Shown here: positions 1-14,059 of the stretch, one piece after another | How positions within the stretch are numbered: the first letter of the stretch is position 1 | Layout: every line of letters begins with the position of its first letter | From: Paramoeba atlantica | Taxonomy: Eukaryota > Protista > Discosea | Assembly (NCBI GenBank): GCA_977017575.1 | Contig: CDRNVI010000149.1 | Coordinates: 124,001-188,000 of the forward strand | Direction of reading: 5' to 3' | DNA: 64,000 nucleotides | Program-made: the position numbers and the translations under genes | The notes under the pieces: generated by a model | The model's input: the letters and a program-made list of their open reading frames with translations, nothing else | What the model was told of the DNA's origin: nothing | Database searches by the model: none

Positions 1-3000
1 CAAGTTACAAATAAAATTGTATTTTTTACACAATTTTACAATCTATTTGATTTATTTACAAAAAAAAAAACATATTTCCCTTTGTTTTTGATTATTTTCC
101 AATCACTTTTTTCAATGTATAAATCAATATTTGTATTATTTTCATTTTTTCTCAATTATTATTTAGTTTTTGATGTTTAAAATTTAGTTACCAGACAAGT
201 TACAAATAAAATTGTATTTTTTACACAATTTTACAATCTATTTGACTTATTTACAAAAAAAAAAACATATTTCCCTTTGTTTTTGATTATTTCCCAATCA
301 CTTTTTCAATGTCTATTTGTATTATTTTCATTTTTAGAAAATTGTTATTCAATTTTTGATATTTAAAAGTTCATTTTCAGACAAGTTACAAATAAAATTG
401 TATTTTTTACACAATTTTACAATCTATTTGATTTATTTACAAAAAAAAAAACATATTTCCCTTTGTTTTTGATTATTTTCCAATCACTTTTTTCAATGTA
501 TAAATCAATATTTGTATTATTTTCATTTTTTCTCAATTATTATTTAGTTTTTGATGTTTAAAATTTAGTTACCAGACAAGTTACAAATAAAATTGTATTT
601 TTTACACAATTTTACAATCTATTTGACTTATTTACAAAAAAAAAAACATATTTCCCTTTGTTTTTGATTATTTCCCAATCACTTTTTCAATGTCTATTTG
701 TATTATTTTCATTTTTAGAAAATTGTTATTCAATTTTTGATATTTAAAAGTTCATTTTCAGACAAGTTACAAATAAAATTGTATTTTTTACACAATTTTA
801 CAATCTATTTGATTTATTTACAAAAAAAAAAACATATTTCCCTTTGTTTTTGATTATTTTCCAATCACTTTTTTCAATGTATAAATCAATATTTGTATTA
901 TTTTCATTTTTTCTCAATTATTATTTAGTTTTTGATGTTTAAAATTTAGTTACCAGACAAGTTACAAATAAAATTGTATTTTTTACACAATTTTACAATC
1001 TATTTGACTTATTTACAAAAAAAAAAACATATTTCCCTTTGTTTTTGATTATTTCCCAATCACTTTTTCAATGTCTATTTGTATTATTTTCATTTTTAGA
1101 AAATTGTTATTCAATTTTTGATATTTAAAAGTTCATTTTCAGACAAGTTACAAATAAAATTGTATTTTTTACACAATTTTACAATCTATTTGATTTATTT
1201 ACAAAAAAAAAAACATATTTCCCTTTGTTTTTGATTATTTTCCAATCACTTTTTTCAATGTATAAATCAATATTTGTATTATTTTCATTTTTTCTCAATT
1301 ATTATTTAGTTTTTGATGTTTAAAATTTAGTTACCAGACAAGTTACAAATAAAATTGTATTTTTTACACAATTTTACAATCTATTTGACTTATTTACAAA
1401 AAAAAAAACATATTTCCCTTTGTTTTTGATTATTTCCCAATCACTTTTTCAATGTCTATTTGTATTATTTTCATTTTTAGAAAATTGTTATTCAATTTTT
1501 GATATTTAAAAGTTCATTTTCAGACAAGTTACAAATAAAATTGTATTTTTTACACAATTTTACAATCTATTTGATTTATTTACAAAAAAAAAAACATATT
1601 TCCCTTTGTTTTTGATTATTTTCCAATCACTTTTTTCAATGTATAAATCAATATTTGTATTATTTTCATTTTTTCTCAATTATTATTTAGTTTTTGATGT
1701 TTAAAATTTAGTTACCAGACAAGTTACAAATAAAATTGTATTTTTTACACAATTTTACAATCTATTTGACTTATTTACAAAAAAAAAAACATATTTCCCT
1801 TTGTTTTTGATTATTTCCCAATCACTTTTTCAATGTCTATTTGTATTATTTTCATTTTTAGAAAATTGTTATTCAATTTTTGATATTTAAAAGTTCATTT
1901 TCAGACAAGTTACAAATAAAATTGTATTTTTTACACAATTTTACAATCTATTTGATTTATTTACAAAAAAAAAAACATATTTCCCTTTGTTTTTGATTAT
2001 TTTCCAATCACTTTTTTCAATGTATAAATCAATATTTGTATTATTTTCATTTTTTCTCAATTATTATTTAGTTTTTGATGTTTAAAATTTAGTTACCAGA
2101 CAAGTTACAAATAAAATTGTATTTTTTACACAATTTTACAATCTATTTGACTTATTTACAAAAAAAAAAACATATTTCCCTTTGTTTTTGATTATTTCCC
2201 AATCACTTTTTCAATGTCTATTTGTATTATTTTCATTTTTAGAAAATTGTTATTCAATTTTTGATATTTAAAAGTTCATTTTCAGACAAGTTACAAATAA
2301 AATTGTATTTTTTACACAATTTTACAATCTATTTGATTTATTTACAAAAAAAAAAACATATTTCCCTTTGTTTTTGATTATTTTCCAATCACTTTTTTCA
2401 ATGTATAAATCAATATTTGTATTATTTTCATTTTTTCTCAATTATTATTTAGTTTTTGATGTTTAAAATTTAGTTACCAGACAAGTTACAAATAAAATTG
2501 TATTTTTTACACAATTTTACAATCTATTTGACTTATTTACAAAAAAAAAAACATATTTCCCTTTGTTTTTGATTATTTCCCAATCACTTTTTCAATGTCT
2601 ATTTGTATTATTTTCATTTTTAGAAAATTGTTATTCAATTTTTGATATTTAAAAGTTCATTTTCAGACAAGTTACAAATAAAATTGTATTTTTTACACAA
2701 TTTTACAATCTATTTGATTTATTTACAAAAAAAAAAACATATTTCCCTTTGTTTTTGATTATTTTCCAATCACTTTTTTCAATGTATAAATCAATATTTG
2801 TATTATTTTCATTTTTTCTCAATTATTATTTAGTTTTTGATGTTTAAAATTTAGTTACCAGACAAGTTACAAATAAAATTGTATTTTTTACACAATTTTA
2901 CAATCTATTTGACTTATTTACAAAAAAAAAAACATATTTCCCTTTGTTTTTGATTATTTCCCAATCACTTTTTCAATGTCTATTTGTATTATTTTCATTT

Positions 3001-6000
3001 TTAGAAAATTGTTATTCAATTTTTGATATTTAAAAGTTCATTTTCAGACAAGTTACAAATAAAATTGTATTTTTTACACAATTTTACAATCTATTTGATT
3101 TATTTACAAAAAAAAAAACATATTTCCCTTTGTTTTTGATTATTTTCCAATCACTTTTTTCAATGTATAAATCAATATTTGTATTATTTTCATTTTTTCT
3201 CAATTATTATTTAGTTTTTGATGTTTAAAATTTAGTTACCAGACAAGTTACAAATAAAATTGTATTTTTTACACAATTTTACAATCTATTTGACTTATTT
3301 ACAAAAAAAAAAACATATTTCCCTTTGTTTTTGATTATTTCCCAATCACTTTTTCAATGTCTATTTGTATTATTTTCATTTTTAGAAAATTGTTATTCAA
3401 TTTTTGATATTTAAAAGTTCATTTTCAGACAAGTTACAAATAAAATTGTATTTTTTACACAATTTTACAATCTATTTGATTTATTTACAAAAAAAAAAAC
3501 ATATTTCCCTTTGTTTTTGATTATTTTCCAATCACTTTTTTCAATGTATAAATCAATATTTGTATTATTTTCATTTTTTCTCAATTATTATTTAGTTTTT
3601 GATGTTTAAAATTTAGTTACCAGACAAGTTACAAATAAAATTGTATTTTTTACACAATTTTACAATCTATTTGACTTATTTACAAAAAAAAAAACATATT
3701 TCCCTTTGTTTTTGATTATTTCCCAATCACTTTTTCAATGTCTATTTGTATTATTTTCATTTTTAGAAAATTGTTATTCAATTTTTGATATTTAAAAGTT
3801 CATTTTCAGACAAGTTACAAATAAAATTGTATTTTTTACACAATTTTACAATCTATTTGATTTATTTACAAAAAAAAAAACATATTTCCCTTTGTTTTTG
3901 ATTATTTTCCAATCACTTTTTTCAATGTATAAATCAATATTTGTATTATTTTCATTTTTTCTCAATTATTATTTAGTTTTTGATGTTTAAAATTTAGTTA
4001 CCAGACAAGTTACAAATAAAATTGTATTTTTTACACAATTTTACAATCTATTTGACTTATTTACAAAAAAAAAAACATATTTCCCTTTGTTTTTGATTAT
4101 TTCCCAATCACTTTTTCAATGTCTATTTGTATTATTTTCATTTTTAGAAAATTGTTATTCAATTTTTGATATTTAAAAGTTCATTTTCAGACAAGTTACA
4201 AATAAAATTGTATTTTTTACACAATTTTACAATCTATTTGATTTATTTACAAAAAAAAAAACATATTTCCCTTTGTTTTTGATTATTTTCCAATCACTTT
4301 TTTCAATGTATAAATCAATATTTGTATTATTTTCATTTTTTCTCAATTATTATTTAGTTTTTGATGTTTAAAATTTAGTTACCAGACAAGTTACAAATAA
4401 AATTGTATTTTTTACACAATTTTACAATCTATTTGACTTATTTACAAAAAAAAAAACATATTTCCCTTTGTTTTTGATTATTTCCCAATCACTTTTTCAA
4501 TGTCTATTTGTATTATTTTCATTTTTAGAAAATTGTTATTCAATTTTTGATATTTAAAAGTTCATTTTCAGACAAGTTACAAATAAAATTGTATTTTTTA
4601 CACAATTTTACAATCTATTTGATTTATTTACAAAAAAAAAAACATATTTCCCTTTGTTTTTGATTATTTTCCAATCACTTTTTTCAATGTATAAATCAAT
4701 ATTTGTATTATTTTCATTTTTTCTCAATTATTATTTAGTTTTTGATGTTTAAAATTTAGTTACCAGACAAGTTACAAATAAAATTGTATTTTTTACACAA
4801 TTTTACAATCTATTTGACTTATTTACAAAAAAAAAAACATATTTCCCTTTGTTTTTGATTATTTCCCAATCACTTTTTCAATGTCTATTTGTATTATTTT
4901 CATTTTTAGAAAATTGTTATTCAATTTTTGATATTTAAAAGTTCATTTTCAGACAAGTTACAAATAAAATTGTATTTTTTACACAATTTTACAATCTATT
5001 TGATTTATTTACAAAAAAAAAAACATATTTCCCTTTGTTTTTGATTATTTTCCAATCACTTTTTTCAATGTATAAATCAATATTTGTATTATTTTCATTT
5101 TTTCTCAATTATTATTTAGTTTTTGATGTTTAAAATTTAGTTACCAGACAAGTTACAAATAAAATTGTATTTTTTACACAATTTTACAATCTATTTGACT
5201 TATTTACAAAAAAAAAAACATATTTCCCTTTGTTTTTGATTATTTCCCAATCACTTTTTCAATGTCTATTTGTATTATTTTCATTTTTAGAAAATTGTTA
5301 TTCAATTTTTGATATTTAAAAGTTCATTTTCAGACAAGTTACAAATAAAATTGTATTTTTTACACAATTTTACAATCTATTTGATTTATTTACAAAAAAA
5401 AAAACATATTTCCCTTTGTTTTTGATTATTTTCCAATCACTTTTTTCAATGTATAAATCAATATTTGTATTATTTTCATTTTTTCTCAATTATTATTTAG
5501 TTTTTGATGTTTAAAATTTAGTTACCAGACAAGTTACAAATAAAATTGTATTTTTTACACAATTTTACAATCTATTTGACTTATTTACAAAAAAAAAAAC
5601 ATATTTCCCTTTGTTTTTGATTATTTCCCAATCACTTTTTCAATGTCTATTTGTATTATTTTCATTTTTAGAAAATTGTTATTCAATTTTTGATATTTAA
5701 AAGTTCATTTTCAGACAAGTTACAAATAAAATTGTATTTTTTACACAATTTTACAATCTATTTGATTTATTTACAAAAAAAAAAACATATTTCCCTTTGT
5801 TTTTGATTATTTTCCAATCACTTTTTTCAATGTATAAATCAATATTTGTATTATTTTCATTTTTTCTCAATTATTATTTAGTTTTTGATGTTTAAAATTT
5901 AGTTACCAGACAAGTTACAAATAAAATTGTATTTTTTACACAATTTTACAATCTATTTGACTTATTTACAAAAAAAAAAACATATTTCCCTTTGTTTTTG

Positions 6001-9000
6001 ATTATTTCCCAATCACTTTTTCAATGTCTATTTGTATTATTTTCATTTTTAGAAAATTGTTATTCAATTTTTGATATTTAAAAGTTCATTTTCAGACAAG
6101 TTACAAATAAAATTGTATTTTTTACACAATTTTACAATCTATTTGATTTATTTACAAAAAAAAAAACATATTTCCCTTTGTTTTTGATTATTTTCCAATC
6201 ACTTTTTTCAATGTATAAATCAATATTTGTATTATTTTCATTTTTTCTCAATTATTATTTAGTTTTTGATGTTTAAAATTTAGTTACCAGACAAGTTACA
6301 AATAAAATTGTATTTTTTACACAATTTTACAATCTATTTGACTTATTTACAAAAAAAAAAACATATTTCCCTTTGTTTTTGATTATTTCCCAATCACTTT
6401 TTCAATGTCTATTTGTATTATTTTCATTTTTAGAAAATTGTTATTCAATTTTTGATATTTAAAAGTTCATTTTCAGACAAGTTACAAATAAAATTGTATT
6501 TTTTACACAATTTTACAATCTATTTGATTTATTTACAAAAAAAAAAACATATTTCCCTTTGTTTTTGATTATTTTCCAATCACTTTTTTCAATGTATAAA
6601 TCAATATTTGTATTATTTTCATTTTTTCTCAATTATTATTTAGTTTTTGATGTTTAAAATTTAGTTACCAGACAAGTTACAAATAAAATTGTATTTTTTA
6701 CACAATTTTACAATCTATTTGACTTATTTACAAAAAAAAAAACATATTTCCCTTTGTTTTTGATTATTTCCCAATCACTTTTTCAATGTCTATTTGTATT
6801 ATTTTCATTTTTAGAAAATTGTTATTCAATTTTTGATATTTAAAAGTTCATTTTCAGACAAGTTACAAATAAAATTGTATTTTTTACACAATTTTACAAT
6901 CTATTTGATTTATTTACAAAAAAAAAAACATATTTCCCTTTGTTTTTGATTATTTTCCAATCACTTTTTTCAATGTATAAATCAATATTTGTATTATTTT
7001 CATTTTTTCTCAATTATTATTTAGTTTTTGATGTTTAAAATTTAGTTACCAGACAAGTTACAAATAAAATTGTATTTTTTACACAATTTTACAATCTATT
7101 TGACTTATTTACAAAAAAAAAAACATATTTCCCTTTGTTTTTGATTATTTCCCAATCACTTTTTCAATGTCTATTTGTATTATTTTCATTTTTAGAAAAT
7201 TGTTATTCAATTTTTGATATTTAAAAGTTCATTTTCAGACAAGTTACAAATAAAATTGTATTTTTTACACAATTTTACAATCTATTTGATTTATTTACAA
7301 AAAAAAAAACATATTTCCCTTTGTTTTTGATTATTTTCCAATCACTTTTTTCAATGTATAAATCAATATTTGTATTATTTTCATTTTTTCTCAATTATTA
7401 TTTAGTTTTTGATGTTTAAAATTTAGTTACCAGACAAGTTACAAATAAAATTGTATTTTTTACACAATTTTACAATCTATTTGACTTATTTACAAAAAAA
7501 AAAACATATTTCCCTTTGTTTTTGATTATTTCCCAATCACTTTTTCAATGTCTATTTGTATTATTTTCATTTTTAGAAAATTGTTATTCAATTTTTGATA
7601 TTTAAAAGTTCATTTTCAGACAAGTTACAAATAAAATTGTATTTTTTACACAATTTTACAATCTATTTGATTTATTTACAAAAAAAAAAACATATTTCCC
7701 TTTGTTTTTGATTATTTTCCAATCACTTTTTTCAATGTATAAATCAATATTTGTATTATTTTCATTTTTTCTCAATTATTATTTAGTTTTTGATGTTTAA
7801 AATTTAGTTACCAGACAAGTTACAAATAAAATTGTATTTTTTACACAATTTTACAATCTATTTGACTTATTTACAAAAAAAAAAACATATTTCCCTTTGT
7901 TTTTGATTATTTCCCAATCACTTTTTCAATGTCTATTTGTATTATTTTCATTTTTAGAAAATTGTTATTCAATTTTTGATATTTAAAAGTTCATTTTCAG
8001 ACAAGTTACAAATAAAATTGTATTTTTTACACAATTTTACAATCTATTTGATTTATTTACAAAAAAAAAAACATATTTCCCTTTGTTTTTGATTATTTTC
8101 CAATCACTTTTTTCAATGTATAAATCAATATTTGTATTATTTTCATTTTTTCTCAATTATTATTTAGTTTTTGATGTTTAAAATTTAGTTACCAGACAAG
8201 TTACAAATAAAATTGTATTTTTTACACAATTTTACAATCTATTTGACTTATTTACAAAAAAAAAAACATATTTCCCTTTGTTTTTGATTATTTCCCAATC
8301 ACTTTTTCAATGTCTATTTGTATTATTTTCATTTTTAGAAAATTGTTATTCAATTTTTGATATTTAAAAGTTCATTTTCAGACAAGTTACAAATAAAATT
8401 GTATTTTTTACACAATTTTACAATCTATTTGATTTATTTACAAAAAAAAAAACATATTTCCCTTTGTTTTTGATTATTTTCCAATCACTTTTTTCAATGT
8501 ATAAATCAATATTTGTATTATTTTCATTTTTTCTCAATTATTATTTAGTTTTTGATGTTTAAAATTTAGTTACCAGACAAGTTACAAATAAAATTGTATT
8601 TTTTACACAATTTTACAATCTATTTGACTTATTTACAAAAAAAAAAACATATTTCCCTTTGTTTTTGATTATTTCCCAATCACTTTTTCAATGTCTATTT
8701 GTATTATTTTCATTTTTAGAAAATTGTTATTCAATTTTTGATATTTAAAAGTTCATTTTCAGACAAGTTACAAATAAAATTGTATTTTTTACACAATTTT
8801 ACAATCTATTTGATTTATTTACAAAAAAAAAAACATATTTCCCTTTGTTTTTGATTATTTTCCAATCACTTTTTTCAATGTATAAATCAATATTTGTATT
8901 ATTTTCATTTTTTCTCAATTATTATTTAGTTTTTGATGTTTAAAATTTAGTTACCAGACAAGTTACAAATAAAATTGTATTTTTTACACAATTTTACAAT

Positions 9001-11690
9001 CTATTTGACTTATTTACAAAAAAAAAAACATATTTCCCTTTGTTTTTGATTATTTCCCAATCACTTTTTCAATGTCTATTTGTATTATTTTCATTTTTAG
9101 AAAATTGTTATTCAATTTTTGATATTTAAAAGTTCATTTTCAGACAAGTTACAAATAAAATTGTATTTTTTACACAATTTTACAATCTATTTGATTTATT
9201 TACAAAAAAAAAAACATATTTCCCTTTGTTTTTGATTATTTTCCAATCACTTTTTTCAATGTATAAATCAATATTTGTATTATTTTCATTTTTTCTCAAT
9301 TATTATTTAGTTTTTGATGTTTAAAATTTAGTTACCAGACAAGTTACAAATAAAATTGTATTTTTTACACAATTTTACAATCTATTTGACTTATTTACAA
9401 AAAAAAAAACATATTTCCCTTTGTTTTTGATTATTTCCCAATCACTTTTTCAATGTCTATTTGTATTATTTTCATTTTTAGAAAATTGTTATTCAATTTT
9501 TGATATTTAAAAGTTCATTTTCAGACAAGTTACAAATAAAATTGTATTTTTTACACAATTTTACAATCTATTTGATTTATTTACAAAAAAAAAAACATAT
9601 TTCCCTTTGTTTTTGATTATTTTCCAATCACTTTTTTCAATGTATAAATCAATATTTGTATTATTTTCATTTTTTCTCAATTATTATTTAGTTTTTGATG
9701 TTTAAAATTTAGTTACCAGACAAGTTACAAATAAAATTGTATTTTTTACACAATTTTACAATCTATTTGACTTATTTACAAAAAAAAAAACATATTTCCC
9801 TTTGTTTTTGATTATTTCCCAATCACTTTTTCAATGTCTATTTGTATTATTTTCATTTTTAGAAAATTGTTATTCAATTTTTGATATTTAAAAGTTCATT
9901 TTCAGACAAGTTACAAATAAAATTGTATTTTTTACACAATTTTACAATCTATTTGATTTATTTACAAAAAAAAAAACATATTTCCCTTTGTTTTTGATTA
10001 TTTTCCAATCACTTTTTTCAATGTATAAATCAATATTTGTATTATTTTCATTTTTTCTCAATTATTATTTAGTTTTTGATGTTTAAAATTTAGTTACCAG
10101 ACAAGTTACAAATAAAATTGTATTTTTTACACAATTTTACAATCTATTTGACTTATTTACAAAAAAAAAAACATATTTCCCTTTGTTTTTGATTATTTCC
10201 CAATCACTTTTTCAATGTCTATTTGTATTATTTTCATTTTTAGAAAATTGTTATTCAATTTTTGATATTTAAAAGTTCATTTTCAGACAAGTTACAAATA
10301 AAATTGTATTTTTTACACAATTTTACAATCTATTTGATTTATTTACAAAAAAAAAAACATATTTCCCTTTGTTTTTGATTATTTTCCAATCACTTTTTTC
10401 AATGTATAAATCAATATTTGTATTATTTTCATTTTTTCTCAATTATTATTTAGTTTTTGATGTTTAAAATTTAGTTACCAGACAAGTTACAAATAAAATT
10501 GTATTTTTTACACAATTTTACAATCTATTTGACTTATTTACAAAAAAAAAAACATATTTCCCTTTGTTTTTGATTATTTCCCAATCACTTTTTCAATGTC
10601 TATTTGTATTATTTTCATTTTTAGAAAATTGTTATTCAATTTTTGATATTTAAAAGTTCATTTTCAGACAAGTTACAAATAAAATTGTATTTTTTACACA
10701 ATTTTACAATCTATTTGATTTATTTACAAAAAAAAAAACATATTTCCCTTTGTTTTTGATTATTTTCCAATCACTTTTTTCAATGTATAAATCAATATTT
10801 GTATTATTTTCATTTTTTCTCAATTATTATTTAGTTTTTGATGTTTAAAATTTAGTTACCAGACAAGTTACAAATAAAATTGTATTTTTTACACAATTTT
10901 ACAATCTATTTGACTTATTTACAAAAAAAAAAACATATTTCCCTTTGTTTTTGATTATTTCCCAATCACTTTTTCAATGTCTATTTGTATTATTTTCATT
11001 TTTAGAAAATTGTTATTCAATTTTTGATATTTAAAAGTTCATTTTCAGACAAGTTACAAATAAAATTGTATTTTTTACACAATTTTACAATCTATTTGAT
11101 TTATTTACAAAAAAAAAAACATATTTCCCTTTGTTTTTGATTATTTTCCAATCACTTTTTTCAATGTATAAATCAATATTTGTATTATTTTCATTTTTTC
11201 TCAATTATTATTTAGTTTTTGATGTTTAAAATTTAGTTACCAGACAAGTTACAAATAAAATTGTATTTTTTACACAATTTTACAATCTATTTGACTTATT
11301 TACAAAAAAAAAAACATATTTCCCTTTGTTTTTGATTATTTCCCAATCACTTTTTCAATGTCTATTTGTATTATTTTCATTTTTAGAAAATTGTTATTCA
11401 ATTTTTGATATTTAAAAGTTCATTTTCAGACAAGTTACAAATAAAATTGTATTTTTTACACAATTTTACAATCTATTTGATTTATTTACAAAAAAAAAAA
11501 CATATTTCCCTTTGTTTTTGATTATTTTCCAATCACTTTTTTCAATGTATAAATCAATATTTGTATTATTTTCATTTTTTCTCAATTATTATTTAGTTTT
11601 TGATGTTTAAAATTTAGTTACCAGACAAGTTACAAATAAAATTGTATTTTTTACACAATTTTACAATCTATTAAATCTATTTACAAAAAA
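1..11690. repeat. AT-rich tandem satellite, 381-bp higher-order dimer (A 195 bp + B 186 bp), ~30.6 copies
   Basis: CAAGTTACAAATAAAATTG starts at 1, 196, 382, 577 ... 11626 (=196+30x381). A and B share the first ~110 bp and differ in the last ~75-85 bp. The array begins before the window. Confidence 0.98.
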
Positions 11691-11691
11691 A

Positions 11692-11799
11692 AATTAGAAA
11701 ACTGGAAAACTGGAAAACTGGAAAATTGGAAAATTGAAAAATTAGAAAATTGGAAAATTGGAAAATTGGAAAATTGGAAAATTGGAAAATTGGAAAATT
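11692..11799. repeat. 8-bp tandem repeat (AAAATTGG/AAAACTGG), ~13 units, capping the satellite
   Basis: actggaaaactggaaaactggaaaattggaaaattg... directly after the truncated last monomer. Confidence 0.9.
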
Positions 11800-12739
11800 A
11801 AAAGAATTGAACTTGAGACCTCAAAAATGAAAAATTGAAGAAAAGGACAACTAAACTATCATACTCATCTCTAAAAAAACAAAAAAACAAGTTAGTTAAT
11901 GAAATCAGTTTAATTTTTTATTTTTCTTTTTTACAATTATTTCTTTTGTATTAATTTTTTAGAGTTTTTTTTAAAGAAAATAATAAATCATTGCAAATAT
12001 TAAATTTTTAAAGAATTTGTGATATTATTGATAAGGTGAGGGAGTCTCAAAAAGAGAAAAATAAAAATAAGAAGAAAAAGATTGTTAAATATAGTTCTTT
12101 TTTTTAAATGTTCATTCCAATCAAAGTTCATTTCTCTTAAAGCTTTTCTTTTTCAAAATAAAGAAATACCAATCAAAGATTTCCAACATTGGAGTCACTA
12201 GAGAGTTAATTGTTGTAGAAGTGTTAAGAAGATTTTCTATCTATTGTATGAAGAAGAAAAGCATTAAGAGGGATGGGTTTGGGAGCAATTTTGGTGGTGG
12301 AGTGGAAGATTGAAGTAGAATCAGTGGGGAAAAGGAAAATATAAAGAAAATAAAAAGGAAAAAGAAGTTTCTTAAGATCTCACACAAAGAGCACAGGGGA
12401 ATTGAGCAACTCAATGTATTTCAAGAATCAACTCTAGAGGAAAGAAAAATCTTTGATAGAACACAATAAAAGGTTTTTTTTGAATTACAATGTTTTTAAT
12501 AATATTGTTCAATGGAAGGTTTAACTTGTTCTTCAAAAATATCATATGAAAGAAGAGAATCCATTATTACAACAAGATATTTTCTCCTTGCACCCACCTT
12601 GAAAGTATCTGGATGCTTATTGCTCTTGCTACACAAAAAAAAATGCTTATCTGAATAAAGAAAAATGGAGAAACTTGTTTTCACTCATTTACCTCTTTTC
12701 TACACTGGAACAAAATCAATGGGGATTCTCTTGGAAAAG

Positions 12740-13830
12740 ATGGTAATGTTGTTGTACTTTATAAAGCCTCAAATGCTGGAAGAGTATGGAACATTTGTCT
12801 TGACAAGTATTTCAAATTGATTGGTTATATTTCTTCTCCAAACAAACCTGCTCTATATACCATCACACCAATGGATCAATTATTGCTCTCTGGGTCACAA
12901 TGACATCTTTATTACTGGTCCTAACAACAACCACACCACAAAGACTCTTGCATAGCTTCACAAAGAATTCCAAGTTAAAACTTTCAAGCAAGTTTCTTAC
13001 ACATTCAGTATCTCCTTCCAAATCTGCAAAGATGGATTCTACTTCCTCTCCCAAACTGCTATAATTAAAAACCTCTTGAACTCTCTTGGTTTGCCAACAC
13101 ACCAGGAACACAGAATACCCACACTTCCTTTGGATATCAACCTCATAAAGAACATTGTACTAGAAATACTACTGAACTTGAGGATATGAAGAACATCCCT
13201 TATCAATCCACCATTATTGGCAAACACTTTTATACATTTTGCAATGGCCACACATCCCAATATTCTCTACTCTGTGATCTCTCTCTCTCAATACACCTCA
13301 AACCCAAGGAAGTCTCACTGGAAACACCTGAAACAAGTGGTCAAATATTTGAAGGGAACAAAATGGATGGGATTGCTCTACAAACTGAAAACATCTGACA
13401 TCACTCTCAATGTTCACTCAGAGGCCTCCTACAACTTGGATCTCAACACTGGAAAATCATCCCTTGGCTATTGTATGAAACTGAACATGATTGTTGCTGG
13501 GCATATATGGCATTCCTCTCTCTCCAAAACCGTTCCCAAAGAGCACTCAACATACTGAGATTATATTGCTGGATCAAAATGTTTGGATAGCACCAGAGAT
13601 GATGGGCCTCATTCCTTCTTGAACACACTGATGACAACTACACTTGACCCATTCCCTTTCACACACAGACAATGAAGCACAAATAACAAATCCCCAGACT
13701 ACAAAAGGAAGCTGACATATCCTTCCCCACCACTACTTTGATCTCCACTATGCACATGATACAAAGGTCATTTCTTTTGAATCTACTTCTTACTAACAAA
13801 CTGTGCACACATCCTGACCAAAGCATTAAA
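12740..13830 (+). mobile_element. Degenerate Ty1/copia RT-RNase H remnant
   Basis: Frameshifted peptides LYKASNAGRVWNICLDKYF (LYGLKQ..R.W), WV..NDIFITG (YVDD), ATHPNILYSVISLSQYTSNPRKSHWKHLKQVVKYLKGT, HSEASYNLDLNTGKSSLGY (YSDADWAGD...RKSTSGY), HILTKAL (ADILTKAL). Confidence 0.88.
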
Positions 13831-14059
13831 TGGACAACCCTTTCTGAAAACATAGAAGTTCACTCTCAGTCTCAGATCTGCCCATTTAGCCTGCATACTC
13901 AATATCCTCTCTCTCTCTCTCTTCCTCACATATTCAACTATTCTCATTCCTGGAGGTTTTTTGCACTGTGCTCACATTCCAGTTTTCTCTCATCCAAGGG
14001 CTTTCCATGTTTTGTGGTTTTTCCCTTGTCCTTTTACTTTACAACTTCTACAATATGAT

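Noticed and set aside
1-11690. CRISPR-like array
   Set aside because: The between-repeat segments alternate between two invariant types; there are no unique spacers or cas genes, and the context is eukaryotic
11692-11799. Telomeric repeat
   Set aside because: Internal, short, degenerate and lacks G-runs; no chromosome end is visible
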